A DNA stretch of 64,000 nucleotides, from assembly GCA_010015585.1 (NCBI GenBank), contig ML975149.1. One strand, given 5' to 3'. The notes beneath the pieces were generated by a model. That model was not told the origin of the DNA and did no database searches. It worked only from the letters and a program-made list of their open reading frames with translations. The translations under genes and the position numbers were made by a program. The stretch's first letter is position 1. Each line of letters begins with the position of its first letter. This stretch comes from Eremomyces bilateralis CBS 781.70. Lineage: Eukaryota. Below, piece by piece: positions 50,318 through 61,947 of this stretch.

Positions 50318-52136
50318 TCACATGATTTCATCGGTCATGCCCGTGTCGCCCCCGCTGGCGGGTTGGACCGCGCCGTTGGCCATGTTGGTGTCGGCGCTGG
50401 CGTCGAAGTAGTCGGCCATTTCGGCGTCGAGCTCGTCAGCCGTCTTGGACTTGGGTCGTCCAGCATTGCGGCCGCGGCTAGTCTTCTTGCCCTTGGCAGC
50501 CTTGTTGGCGGTCGCGGGCTTGGGAGTGGGCTTTGCGCCGGGTTTTCCGCTAGACGGACGTTAGTAACAGCTAAGATGTGATGGTCTGGCAGAACTTACG
50601 AAGCGCGCTCCGCGAGGGTCTTCGGGGCAGCGGGAGATGGGATGGACTTGGGAGAGAGGAGAACCTCAATCTATAACTTGTTAGTTGATGCAGAGCAAGC
50701 GAGTCGAATCCTCACGAACCCTGATCGGCTTCCCGTCAATGCGGAGACCGTCGAGTTCCTTCGCAGCCTTGGCAGCGGTCTCCTCGTGTCGGAAGATAAT
50801 GGTGGCGGTGCCACGGCTCTTGCCATCAGCGCCATAGGCGATAGTAACCCTCTTGGTTGGTCCAGCCTTCTTTCCAAAGAATTCCTATTACGTTGAAAAA
50901 CACGGGTTAGCCGAAGGTATGCAAGTCGTCGGAATGGATGGTATCCGCATCGAATCCATCGAGTATGTTGGTCCTCATTCGCTCCAAAAAATCTCCACCC
51001 AGAAGCATCAAGTCAAGCAGCGAGCAGTACAGCGAGCCAGCAGTGATTGTTAGCAGAAAGATCCAGAAGGAAATGTCCGTGCAACCACATAAAGGAAATC
51101 CCACAGCACATCCAACCAAGGAGTGCTAAAATATAACCCAAATCCCCCTAAGTGCGCAACAGCATGATACCAAGGGTAGGAAGCTTGGAAACTTTTGGAG
51201 CAGGAGGTCGACGCCCGCATCAACATCCCATGAGACCTGCTCAACGACCGAATAGTCAAGGAAACCGGCCTTCCCATCGTGCATAACCATATTCACAGCT
51301 GGTCGGAAATGGAACGGTCGTGAGATGTGGAAACTTGCAGCGATTGCCGTCCGAGGATAGGAAATATCGAAGCCATCAAAGGAATGCTGCTTGGAAGTTC
51401 ACTGCTGGTTCGCTGCGTATGCCGAAATGCCAAATGAGTGCCAACATGCCATGCCTCTGCCTCGCTCTCTTTGGTTGTGTCCATCTCAAGGCTGACTGCT
51501 TGCCAGGCAGGTGCCATAAAGAGAATGATCCAGCAAGCCAAGATTGCCATGCCCTATCAACACTGCCATGCCAAAGTTCTTCCATGGTTCAGAATGTCAC
51601 AACCGAACGATGGAAAGAGACCCGTTTCTGAGTCCTAAGGCTGGGGAATGCGGCGATGGTCTTTGCTTTGCGTCATGCCTATGATAGGCGAGCTAAAGCG
51701 TGTGATCTTCCACACGAGAGGGGCTTTGTGAGGGCTTATAAGACGTCCAGTAGTGTCATCCTCAGGAAGGTGAAGGAAACTCGATCGACTGCGAAAACCG
51801 CAATGTGGGGTCCGCCATCCACACTATTCAACGTACCTCGATCTGCTTCTCCTCGACGTCGCGAGGCTATGACATGTTAGTGATGATCCGAGTAGAACCA
51901 GTGTGATAGTGGCCACTTACGAGATTGCTCACAAGAATCTTGCTTCCATGAGCAGACCCAGTGAGAGAGACAATAGCCTTCTCGGCCGCTTTGGCAGCCT
52001 TGGTCTTCTTCGTGACGCCGCCAACGGGGGCGGGCTTGGCCTTGACGGCGGCGCGGCGAACCGGTCGGCGCTGACGAGTCTGGTTGCGCTTCTCGGTGAG
52101 GATGTCCCCAAGAGATTTCTCGAGCTGGTTGGACAT
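50318..52136 (-). CDS. YRA1: mRNA export adaptor Yra1/ALYREF with a 952-nt second intron (50885-51836)
   Basis: N-box MSNQLEKSLGDIL; RRM SKILVSNL|PRDVEEKQIE|EFFGKKAGPTKRVTIAYGADGKSRGTATIIF; C-box KSKTADELDAEMADYF. Confidence 0.92.
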
Positions 52137-52650
52137 GATGTCGATGATGATGATGTGTTTCGATGTATTAGATGGTGGCAAAAGTGGATGGTTGGCTCCC
52201 TGATTCGTGATCGGAGCCTTGAGAGATGAAACCTTGCGAAGGGAGGCGGAGAGTAGAAAGAATGAGACGCTTCTCTTCAAGATGAGGAAGAGATTGATTG
52301 ACGGCGGTATGAGCGTTGGATGGTTTGGAGGGGGTTTCTGAAATGTAAAACACGTCGATCGATCGGGAAAGCTAAAGGCGCGTTTGTTGATGACGATTCG
52401 GCTTGGCAAGCCTGATTATTACAAGTTGGACGTTGGAAATTGGAAAGTGGAAAGCGCGGTTATGCGGTGTTCTTTAGTTGGATGGGAAAGTAAAGTTGAT
52501 GGAAGAAAGTAAAATCAAGTGGGTGGTTGAAGTGGGATGGATTGGAGAAGGTGAACTGATGATGAAAGGAAAGGAGAGAGAGGGAAAGAGTCGGAGAACG
52601 AAAGGGAAGGGATGATTCATAGGGCATGAGGCATCAAGGCTGTGCATGAA

Positions 52651-52692
52651 TGTTGTTGCCTTTTGTTGCCTTTTGTTGCCTAGTGTTGCCTT
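52651..52692. repeat. 10-bp tandem repeat (core TGTTGCCT) x4 in the yra1/vps11 divergent promoter
   Basis: tgttgttgcc ttttgttgcc ttttgttgcc tagtgttgcc tt. Confidence 0.75.
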
Positions 52693-52921
52693 GTGTTTTT
52701 GTACCGGTAGGGGTGTTTAACACGTGTCGTTGTATCACGGCTAAACACAGGTAATCACCCACACCTCGACGCTTCAAGCTCAAGCAGCTCTATGGAATCA
52801 GGATCATGTTGATTGAAGCCTATTGTCCCCATTATCTTCAAATGATCAAGTCGTTCTTAGTCCTAGTCAAGATGGTTATGGGATGACGGACTTCTACTCG
52901 ATCGCATTGTCATAGAGCACG

Positions 52922-55900
52922 ATGGCGCTAACGTCGGTTGGTCAAGTTCCTCCTCAAGCCGTTGCGCTCTCTCTAACGAAGCTCTTATAGTGGAAGTCCT
53001 TCAAGTTCTTCGAGGTTTCTGAGGTCAAACTACCGGAAAGCGAGAGGACCTTACTCTCTGATGTATGTCTGACCTAAACATATGGTGATACAGCCACTTA
53101 CTAGTCCTCCAGCAAGGCGGCATCACCTGCGTCACCACCGGATCCGACAATGTCTTCTTCGGAAGCTCCGATGGCGTCGTTCGCATTCTATCCCAGGCGT
53201 TTAAAGTTGCCCGGTCATTCAAAGCCTACGATTCCACGGCCATAACGCACATGAAACAGGTCCAGGGGACCGCATTACTGGTCACGATTGCGGAGGATCT
53301 GTCAACCGATCCCGTGCTGAAGTTGTGGGCTCTGGACAAGATTGACAAAAGGACGGGAGCGCCAAGGTGCCAGACGACGATACATATACGGAATGGTGGA
53401 AAGAGGTTCCCAATATCTGCTTTCGACGCCCTCGAAGATCTCTCTCAACTCGCGGTCGGGTTCGCTAATGGGGCAGTGACGGTTGTACGGGGGAATCTGA
53501 TCCACGACTTGGGAAACAGCCAAAGAACCGTCTTCGAATCGGAGGAGCCGATCACGGGCATTGAGTTCCGCGTAGGAAATGCGATCACGCTTTGTATATC
53601 CACCACCTCAAGAATATCGATGCTAGCGATTTCCGGGAAAGGACAAGGTCAACCCGCACGAACTCTGGACGAATCCGGATGCGGAGTAGGGTGTCTGGCC
53701 CTGGACCCAAACACAAGAGAGCTGGTTGTTGCGAGGGAGGATGCGATACACTACTACGGTCCAAGAGGTCGAGGACCTTCGTTCGCATACGAATGCCCGA
53801 AGAAATCGGTCCACATACATAACGACTATGTTGTCATCGTCTCCCCTCCACAGTCGAATACACTACCCAGGTCAGCGCCAATGCGGACGTTTGGTGGCAC
53901 TGCAGCAGACGACCTCTTCAGTACTTCAAACTTCACGATCTTGAATACCGATTTGAAATTTATAGCGCACCAGGAGTCCCTACGTGCCGAAGTGAAGGCC
54001 GTCTTCATGGAGTGGAATGACATATTCGTGTTGACAACAGATGGAAAGGTATGCAACATGTCAATTCCGTATGCCCCTTTTCTAATTGCAGTAGCTTTAT
54101 CGGTACCACGAGAAGTCGCTGCAGCAGAAGCTAGAGCTCCTTTATCAGCGAAACCTCTATGTCCTTGCCATCAACCTGGTGCAAAAGCTAGGGGTGGATC
54201 GTTCCCAACAGAATGTCATATATCGCAAATACGGTGACTATTTATACCAGCGACAGGACTACGACACAGCCATGCAGCAATACCTGAAAGCGATTGACAA
54301 CACCGAGCCATCACAGGTGATTCGCAAGGTAATTCCCCGAACCGAAACCTTTACATAATCGTGCTAACAACCACAGTTTCTGGACACCCAACGGATCCAC
54401 AACCTCATAGATTACTTAGAGGAGTTGCATGAGCACCACAGAGCCACGGCCGACCACACGACCTTACTCCTGAACTGCTATGCAAAATTGAAAGATGTTG
54501 AGAAACTCGAGGAGTTCATCAAATCTCCCGGAGACCTGAAATTCGATTTGGATACCGCTATCGCAATGTGTAGACAGGGTGGATACTTCGACCAAGCAGC
54601 CTACCTTGCACGCAAGCACGAAGAACATGAGCTGGTCGTGGACATTTTGATAGAAGATTCAAAACGATATGCGGAAGCAATTGCATATATCTGGCGGCTT
54701 GAGCCGGAAACTGTAAGCTGGTACCCTTTTTTTCTTTTGAGAGCTCAGGACTGACATTCAGGAAGGCGTTCAAGAATTTCATGAGGTTTGCCACGGTCTT
54801 GCTTGAGAATTGTCCTCAAGACACTACAAAGCTCTTCCTCGACTATTACACTGGCCAGTACAAGCCCAAGAAGGATGCGGTCGTGGTAACCAATAACCCC
54901 ACTCCCACAAGTTACGGTCTCGCCACGACTGCCACAACCGCTGTCCAGAATCTGGCTGCTCTTCTGCCACTCCCTTATATGAATACTAGCACCGTCCAAA
55001 GTCCTAGCTCAGCCAGCGACCAACAAACCACGGTGAGCCAGGCTCACATTGTGGAGACGAACGCAGATGATCCCCCAGCGGACTATGATATCCCTAAGCC
55101 ACGATCGGCTTTCCCGGCTTTCGTCGACCACCCGGAACAGTTTGTCGTTTTCTTGGAGGCGTGCGTTAAGAGCGACGATGTCAAGGACGAAGACCGAGTG
55201 GATCTATATACGACGTTGTTCGAGATGTACCTCCACAAGGCGAGCTCCTTGAGAGGGGACGATAAGAAAGCCTGGGAAGACAAGGCCCGAGAACTGGTGG
55301 ACGACAAGAAGGTTTGTTCAGTATTGTTGACCAGTGACCATTTTTCTAATACCTGTTATAGATCCCCATGGAAACCTCCAATGTCCTTCTGCTTTCCGAC
55401 CTTGAAAATTTTAAAGAAGGGAGTACCCTTGTCCGAGAGCAAGAAGGCCTCTATTTCGACATCTTCCGCTCGTACACGCGGGCCAAAGACACCGCCGGCG
55501 CAATCAAAGCGCTCCGAAAATACGGTCCCGAAGAGCCGCAGCTCTATCCCGCCGCGCTCCAGTACTTCACATCTAGCGAAGCGATCATGCACGAAGCCGG
55601 CGCCGAGTTCGAAACCGTGCTAAACAAGATCGATGACGACGGCCTAATGGCCCCGCTCCAAGTCATCCAGACCCTCAGCACCAACGGCATCGCCACCATG
55701 GGCATGATCAAGAAATACCTCAGCAAGTCCATCGACCGCGAACAGCAGGAGATCACCAGCAACCGACGCCTCATCCACTCGTTCCGCGCGGACACCGAGA
55801 CGAAGCGCGGCGAAATCGAGGAGCTAACAAACAACCCCGCGACCTTCAAAGTCACCCGCTGCTCCATCTGCGGCGGGACGCTCGACCTGCCCGCTGTGCA

Positions 55901-56147
55901 CTTCATGTGCAAGCACTCGTTCCATAAGCGTTGCCTAAACATCCAGGACGACGCGGAGGAGCAGAAGGTCGAGTGCCCGGTGTGCGCGCCGCAGAACGCG
56001 ACCGTAAGAGCAATTCGGAAGGCGCAGGAGGAGAGCGCGGATCGGCATGATATGTTCTTGGATGCGTTGGCAAGGAGCAGGAACAAGTTTGAGGTTATCA
56101 CGGAGTGGTATGGGAGGGGGGTCATGTCGGCGCCGACGCCTGAGTAG
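52922..56147 (+). CDS. VPS11: HOPS/CORVET core subunit Vps11 (Pep5), multi-exon
   Basis: MALTS|WKSFKFFEV start; beta-propeller; clathrin-repeat HTTLLLNCYAKLKD; C-terminal RING CSICGGTLDLPAVHFMCKHSFHKRCL...CPVC. Confidence 0.95.
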
Positions 56148-56603
56148 CGAACTTTGGGGGTGGACGTTTAAGTGGCTCCGGTTGCCAAACCTGTCGCTAA
56201 ATATGTAGAGAGAATCAATGATACCCCATGAATAAAGACTCCTATCCAGGCCACGCCACTCCTCCTTTTAGCGCTTGAACTATCTCCTGTGTAAAATCGC
56301 GTACAGTACCTTTAAGGGGGTCGATAGCGATAATTGCAAACGACGTCGACGTGCCTTCCTCAATGACATAGTCTCAATAGCCGATTGACAGTGATATCTC
56401 AATCTTTTGGAGATACTGTCGACAAATCAAAATTGTACAATTCTGTCAAGCATTCCCTACGTTAAGTCTCTTTGAATTCCTGCAAGCCCCCTTAAGATAC
56501 CTATTTGCACGCACAACCTTACCCTCGTCTCACAATAAAACGCACTTACTTCTGCTCCTTCATTCCCTCAAACAAATCTCGTCTCAACCGTCCCAAAACA
56601 AAA

Positions 56604-56722
56604 ACATACGACAGCGAACATTCCCATGTGGTCACCCACCATAGTACTGCTTCGCCTCGGACCAGCTTATGTACGGCAGATCGGACGGGATGCCCAGGTT
56701 TCTGGTCGATGTGGCCGTATGT
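56604..56722 (-). rRNA. Dispersed 5S rRNA gene (119 nt)
   Basis: Minus strand ACATACGGCCAC...CCCGTCCGATCTGCCGTACATAAGC...AGTA...GGTGGGTGACCAC...GAA...CTGTCGTATGT followed by a T-run; TATATAAA about 25-30 nt upstream (56745-56752). Confidence 0.92.
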
Positions 56723-57161
56723 ACTTGGAGTTGAGGTGAATAAGTTTATATACGTGGTGACAATGGCTTTCTCCGGCCATAGGGTTACCATATGGAAAGG
56801 AAGCCCAAAAAGGAAGCCGAGGATTGGGTCGGACGGTTCGGAATCCTGTGGGGATCCGATATGGACGTTACGGGCCCGTTCTCTGCTTTGTGACTTGGGA
56901 GGCGAGTTGGAATATTTGGGATACCCACCGCTAAACCCCGATGGAGTAATTCATAGTTTGTGTTTGTTTACATACGTGCCGTGTCCGATGGTCGACAGGG
57001 CGAGGGACATTCAGCTATCGTCACGAGTGGATCCTTTAGCTCCTACTGTATGCAGCGGGTGATCTGTAGCCTTGATGCGACTCCTAGAAGGGCGATGGCA
57101 ATTAGGTAAAATAAGAAAGTATTCACTGGATGGGATCTGCCTGACTTAATAGTTCATCTTG

Positions 57162-58204
57162 GTCCCCCCCTCCGAATGTATGTCGGAGTAAGCGCTCTGG
57201 GCCACTACGCCAAGTCGGCCAGCCACCCAGTCGTGGCTAAGACGTCGGAAACACTAATTAGAAGGGGTCTGGGGGGCGCTGCAGAACAGGGGCGTGCAAG
57301 GAGCAAGGGGAAGAGGCAGGCCGCGTGCGATACGCATACGTCCACACGGTGTAAGCGGAGACGGGACTCCAGCGAGCGGAGGAGATCATCCAAATGGTCA
57401 GGCAAGAAGCCCAACTACACCGCCGTAGGGGAGGCAGGAGTCCCCCACCGCAACCCCTGCGCATAAAATCCGCCATAGGGAAGTGGGCGGATCGCAACTA
57501 GCAGGAGGAATGGCAACGCAAGGCCCAGAACCAAACGGCAAGCATCTGGAAGGGCAACTGGTGCGAGGACCGCCTAAAACTATGATGGAGCCCCAAAACA
57601 CGTCGCCACCGCCCTCTTCCTCCTCCGTTCTGAAGTGATCGGTCTCAACGCATGGCTTGCACAGGTCAGAGTTCCGGAGATACGCCCAGGTTGCGCCTGT
57701 GAGTGGCCTGCGCAAAGAGTACGCCACGTTCTGATCCATTGCTCAATACACGAACAGGCTCGGCTATAGCTATTCGCACAAATCCAAACACAAGACTTGC
57801 TAGAGATCCTCTCCGCCCCGGCGAGTGCAATAGCGGCGGCCCGCTGGATAGTCGCACGCAACCTACTCCTACAATTCCAGTTCGCTAGCAAGATCGAAGA
57901 GGAGGACAGTTCAGGTTTCACGCCGTTCCAAGAGATTAGAGACGAATAGGGGGAGGGAGGAGGATGGTATGCCTGTGTAATGCAGGCGGTTCGCAAGATA
58001 TCTGCAAGAGTGGAAGCAGTGGTTCCCAGCGATGAACAACGATTGAGGATAAAAGTAAGGCTAAAGCGGGCAATCCGCCGTAGCGCTAGCGTGGTTTTCT
58101 AAATGGTTTTCCCACGGGGTTTTTTGTCCTCCATAGTAGCGATACAGCCTGCATGGACTAGATAGGGCCGTATGGTATCAGGCGTTAAATAGACCAAATA
58201 ATAA
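57162..58204 (+). mobile_element. 5'-truncated, degenerate Tad1-like non-LTR retrotransposon (LINE)
   Basis: ORF2 C-terminus remnant (ATALFLLRSEVIGLNAWL...CACEWPAQRVRHVLIHC CCHC knuckle...AAARW...LLLQF, stop 57947-57949) with internal stops; (AAT)n tail; TSD TAATAGTTCATCTTG (57147-57161) / TAATAGTCCATCTTG (58205-58219). Confidence 0.88.
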
Positions 58205-58834
58205 TAATAGTCCATCTTGAAGTTTTGATTATCTCCTGCTTAGGCCTTCGAAGCCGGCAGGTTTGATACGTCCCCAGTGTGGTTATTTTGAGGCTCTCCA
58301 TTGAGTCATATATTTTGTCACATTATTGGACACCTACCAGAGATGCCACTGGCCACACTAGCAGTTAAATCGGTATGGCACACGTAAGACTTTACATTGC
58401 TACAAGAACTTCCCGCCAACGAGAGTGCAGCCGTTGGAAATCAGAGGTTATTACTTATTGTCATCACGCAAGATTTCTTCCTTCGTTCTTTATCTCAAAT
58501 AAGCTCGGGTGTATCTACCCTGCGATGAATCCTACTTCGTACACAATACAAGCGTCTCATTCCTTCTGTCGGAAAACCTATTGTTTCCGTGATTGGTTAA
58601 CTCATTGACACGTTAAACCAATCAATAGCAGCTGAGTCCCTGCCGAACCTGGTGGTTCAACCCCGGGGCACCTAGATCCCTTGGACAGATATAAATGCCG
58701 CGCGAGGGACGCACAACATGTTGATGTTTTCGGATCTTAGTCCTTGTGATCGTCCTCAAAGTCGAGCTGCCTCCTGTCGAACGAACAGTATCCCCGATTC
58801 AGCCTTGCTCTTCTTTACTGTATTTTCTTGAATC

Positions 58835-60039
58835 ATGCCAGAGCTATCCTTCACTCCCGTCCTTCCCAAGGGGAGTCTCGTCCTTGTGTCGGGGGCAAAT
58901 AGCATGCTGGGAAGTCATGTTGTAAAACAGCTCTTGGAATACGGATACAAAGTCCGGGGGACAGTCCGTGACGTGGAGAAAAACGCCTGGATGGTGGATT
59001 TCTTCAAGAGCTACGGAGAAGAAAGCTTCGAGCTCGTGAGGGTCCTTGATATTGCAGTGGCGGGGGCATTTGACGATGCAATCCAGGGTAGGTGATCTGA
59101 GATGGCATATGAAAAGGGGGCAGAGATTGAACAATAGTTGACAATAGGATGTGCTGGCGTGATCCATCTGGCAATGGTCACGAACTGGGCTCCAAATCAT
59201 CCAGATGATGTCGTACCACTCGCCGTCGCCGCAACATTGGGGTTCCTCAAATCTGCCGCCGACACCCCGAGTGTAAAGCGTTTCGTGCATTGCTCCTCTT
59301 CAGCAGCAGCCAGAAGACCGACTGCCAACGTACGACGGGTGATTGATTCAGACACGTATAACGATGAGACTGTTCAAGCCATTTATGCCGATAAAGGAGA
59401 AATACAAGGACTCGACAAAGCATTTGCCGTCTATACCGCGAGCAAAGTTCAGAGCGAGAAAGCAGCTTGGAAGTTCGTGGAAGAAAACAAGCCTCCCTTT
59501 GTATTTAATACGGGTGTGTATTCTAATCATGTACACGTCAAAGGTTCGAAAGCTGACTTGCCTAGTTCTTCCCGAACTTTGTTTTGGCGAAATATTTAAC
59601 GCGGAGAAGCAAGGCTTTCCATCTTCGGCCGGATTTGCCAAGGCCTGCTTTGAGGGAGACCTTAACTCCTTCGCATTCCTTCCGCCCCGTAGGTGTCATC
59701 TTGGACATGCGCTTGTTCTTCTTCTACTAACGGATCCTAGAACAATATGTCAATACGGAAGACGCCGCTGTGACCCATATTGCAGGCTTGATTCACCCGG
59801 ACGTCACCAGCGAGCGACTGTTTGCCTTTGCTGAGCCGTTCAATTGGAATGACGTCCTTGCGGTCTATCGCAAGCTGTTTCCAAGCAATAAATTCCTGGA
59901 TGATATGGACCTTGGTAAGGATTTGTTGGAGATCAAGGGACATGATAGAGTGGATCGACTGCTGAAGGAGATGGGACGACCCAAGGGGTTCAGGAAGCTT
60001 GAAGAGAGCCTCACCCAACTTACGAAGGCGTTCGCCTAG
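58835..60039 (+). CDS. Extended SDR / aldehyde reductase II-like NAD(P)-dependent oxidoreductase (3 introns)
   Basis: VLVSGANSMLGSHVVKQLLEYGYKVRGTVRD, GVIHLA, VKRFVHCSS and the catalytic YTASK. Confidence 0.9.
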
Positions 60040-60560
60040 GTTGCTGCTTGGACAATCCTGGAGATAGGATTGGGGATATTTCGCCCGAATTAGTACTGAA
60101 TACTTTCCATACCTAGATACTGCCGAACACAATCAAACCCAAGGTATTCTTGTCTTGACCGAATCCAATACAGAACGTCGTCCAAATTGGCTTTCCAACG
60201 CCTACTCGCCACCTCTACAACGCGAATAGATGCAATCTAATGTGATTTGGACCGAGTATACCGTACCAGGCAACTCATGCTTGAAGAATGTACTTGGACA
60301 TAAGGATTCAGGATGAACAGAAATCATGTTATGAGCAAGACCGAGAGGTTGACGATATGACCTGATGCCCTTGGAACGGATATATTTCGGATGTTGGAAA
60401 GTGACCCACAAAATTTTGCGGGATGAACCAGAACTGGACCGCAGACGCGATTGAACCTTCATCGTGAACACTAGGATCTTCAACTTTTCCATTCCAATAC
60501 GATACCGTGTGAGACTCTAGCAGACTCTGGCTTAAATTTTAGCCTGATTGGATATCGAAA

Positions 60561-61598
60561 ATGGCAGCACCTCGAGCCCTCATATCCTCGTTGCGATGTA
60601 CAGGCTGCCGATCGCCCATCGTCCGGCCTTTTCTTCCATCTTATACTGAGCGCGTTCCGCCTCCCCGACGCGAATTGAGTCGCCTATTCACTACCTCGAT
60701 CCGGAAAAACGTAGAAATACCAGCGGAAGGCTCTCATAATAGCCGCAATGACACCCCCGAGCCTTCTCCCGACTCGTCTCTCCCGTGGTACCTACAACCC
60801 GCCCACCGACAACCTACGCTCCTCACATCCCCTATCGCCTCTGCGCCACTCCCCGACCTTCCTTCGAACCCTCCACCACTTCTCGCGCCGCTCCTTTCTC
60901 ATATCAACGAGGGCCTCGGCCTTACGGATATCTCATTGCTCGACCTGCGCCAACACACCTCCAGCATCTCTCAACTTACCGCCATCCCCGAGTCGCTGCA
61001 CCCGCCTACGCTAGGCCCTTCATTATTAATGCTCATCGCGACCGCTCGGAGTACGCCGCATCTACACTTGTCCTCTCAGAGATTGTGTCGCTGGCTGCGG
61101 ACGGAATGGAAACTGAGGGCTCGAGCGGATGGTCTACTGGGTAGAGGAGAGTTGCGGAGAATCGGGAAGCGGAAGGCGAAGAAGGCAAGGACGTTGGCGA
61201 GGAGAGGGTTGATGGAGAATGCGATGGGAGGGGCGATGGGAGGGATGGGTGAGGAGGGGAATAGCTCGGGATGGGTTTGCGTCTATGTTCCCGGTGTCAA
61301 GGCCGGGGAGTTGGAAGATGTGACGAATATGGAGCCGGAGAACGACCTGACTGAGATTGAACGGCACGATGGGTTCGTGGGCTTCGATGAGACCGAACAA
61401 GGAAGTACGGTGGTGGTGCAGGTCATGACGGAGGCGAAGAGAGCGGAGCTGGATCTGGAGGGTCTATGGAGTGGATGGATGCACCGTGAGCAGAAGAGAT
61501 GGGCTAAGATTGATTTTCAAGCGGAGGAAAAGGCCAGAGAGATATCTGAAGTGGTCGCTGGGGATTCGGATCGAGGCTATTTCAAACCAATGGCTTGA
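60561..61598 (+). CDS. ATP25: Mitochondrial Atp25-like protein, RsfS/Iojap-type N-terminal domain only (345 aa)
   Basis: Arg-rich presequence; PWYLQ, GLTDISLLDLR, TLGPSLLMLIATARS..HL...LCRWLR, ADGLLGRGEL, GWVCV and VVQVMTEAKRAELDLEGLW. Confidence 0.8.
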   Translation: MAAPRALISSLRCTGCRSPIVRPFLPSYTERVPPPRRELSRLFTTSIRKNVEIPAEGSHNSRNDTPEPSPDSSLPWYLQPAHRQPTLLTSPIASAPLPDLPSNPPPLLAPLLSHINEGLGLTDISLLDLRQHTSSISQLTAIPESLHPPTLGPSLLMLIATARSTPHLHLSSQRLCRWLRTEWKLRARADGLLGRGELRRIGKRKAKKARTLARRGLMENAMGGAMGGMGEEGNSSGWVCVYVPGVKAGELEDVTNMEPENDLTEIERHDGFVGFDETEQGSTVVVQVMTEAKRAELDLEGLWSGWMHREQKRWAKIDFQAEEKAREISEVVAGDSDRGYFKPMA

Positions 61599-61947
61599 CG
61601 AGCTCATGGAATCGCCACACACGTTGCCAACCTCAAGGACCTCGCAGTCTACAATGGACAAGCCGTTTGGGCTGAACTTTACGAAGCCATAACCTCTCCC
61701 GGCTCCCGGAGGACACTGATATATGTATGTATCTGAGTATTGGGCATTTAGGCTTCAACCACTTCGCTGCCTTATCCACTGAAATCATCTGCTGGCATGT
61801 GAATTCCGATACTTACCTATCTATGTAACTAAGAACTTCATCAAATGCATCATCGACTACGTCAGAGCCTCCATTATTGTGTTCACCAAGGAGCCGTGCA
61901 ACTTCCGGAATCCGGGAAGGATGTGGCGATGCTAAATCCAAAATAGC

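Noticed and set aside
50885..51836. Intronic box C/D snoRNA in the yra1 intron
   Set aside because: No well-formed RUGAUGA...CUGA pair with a terminal stem was found by eye; an Rfam or snoscan run is needed.
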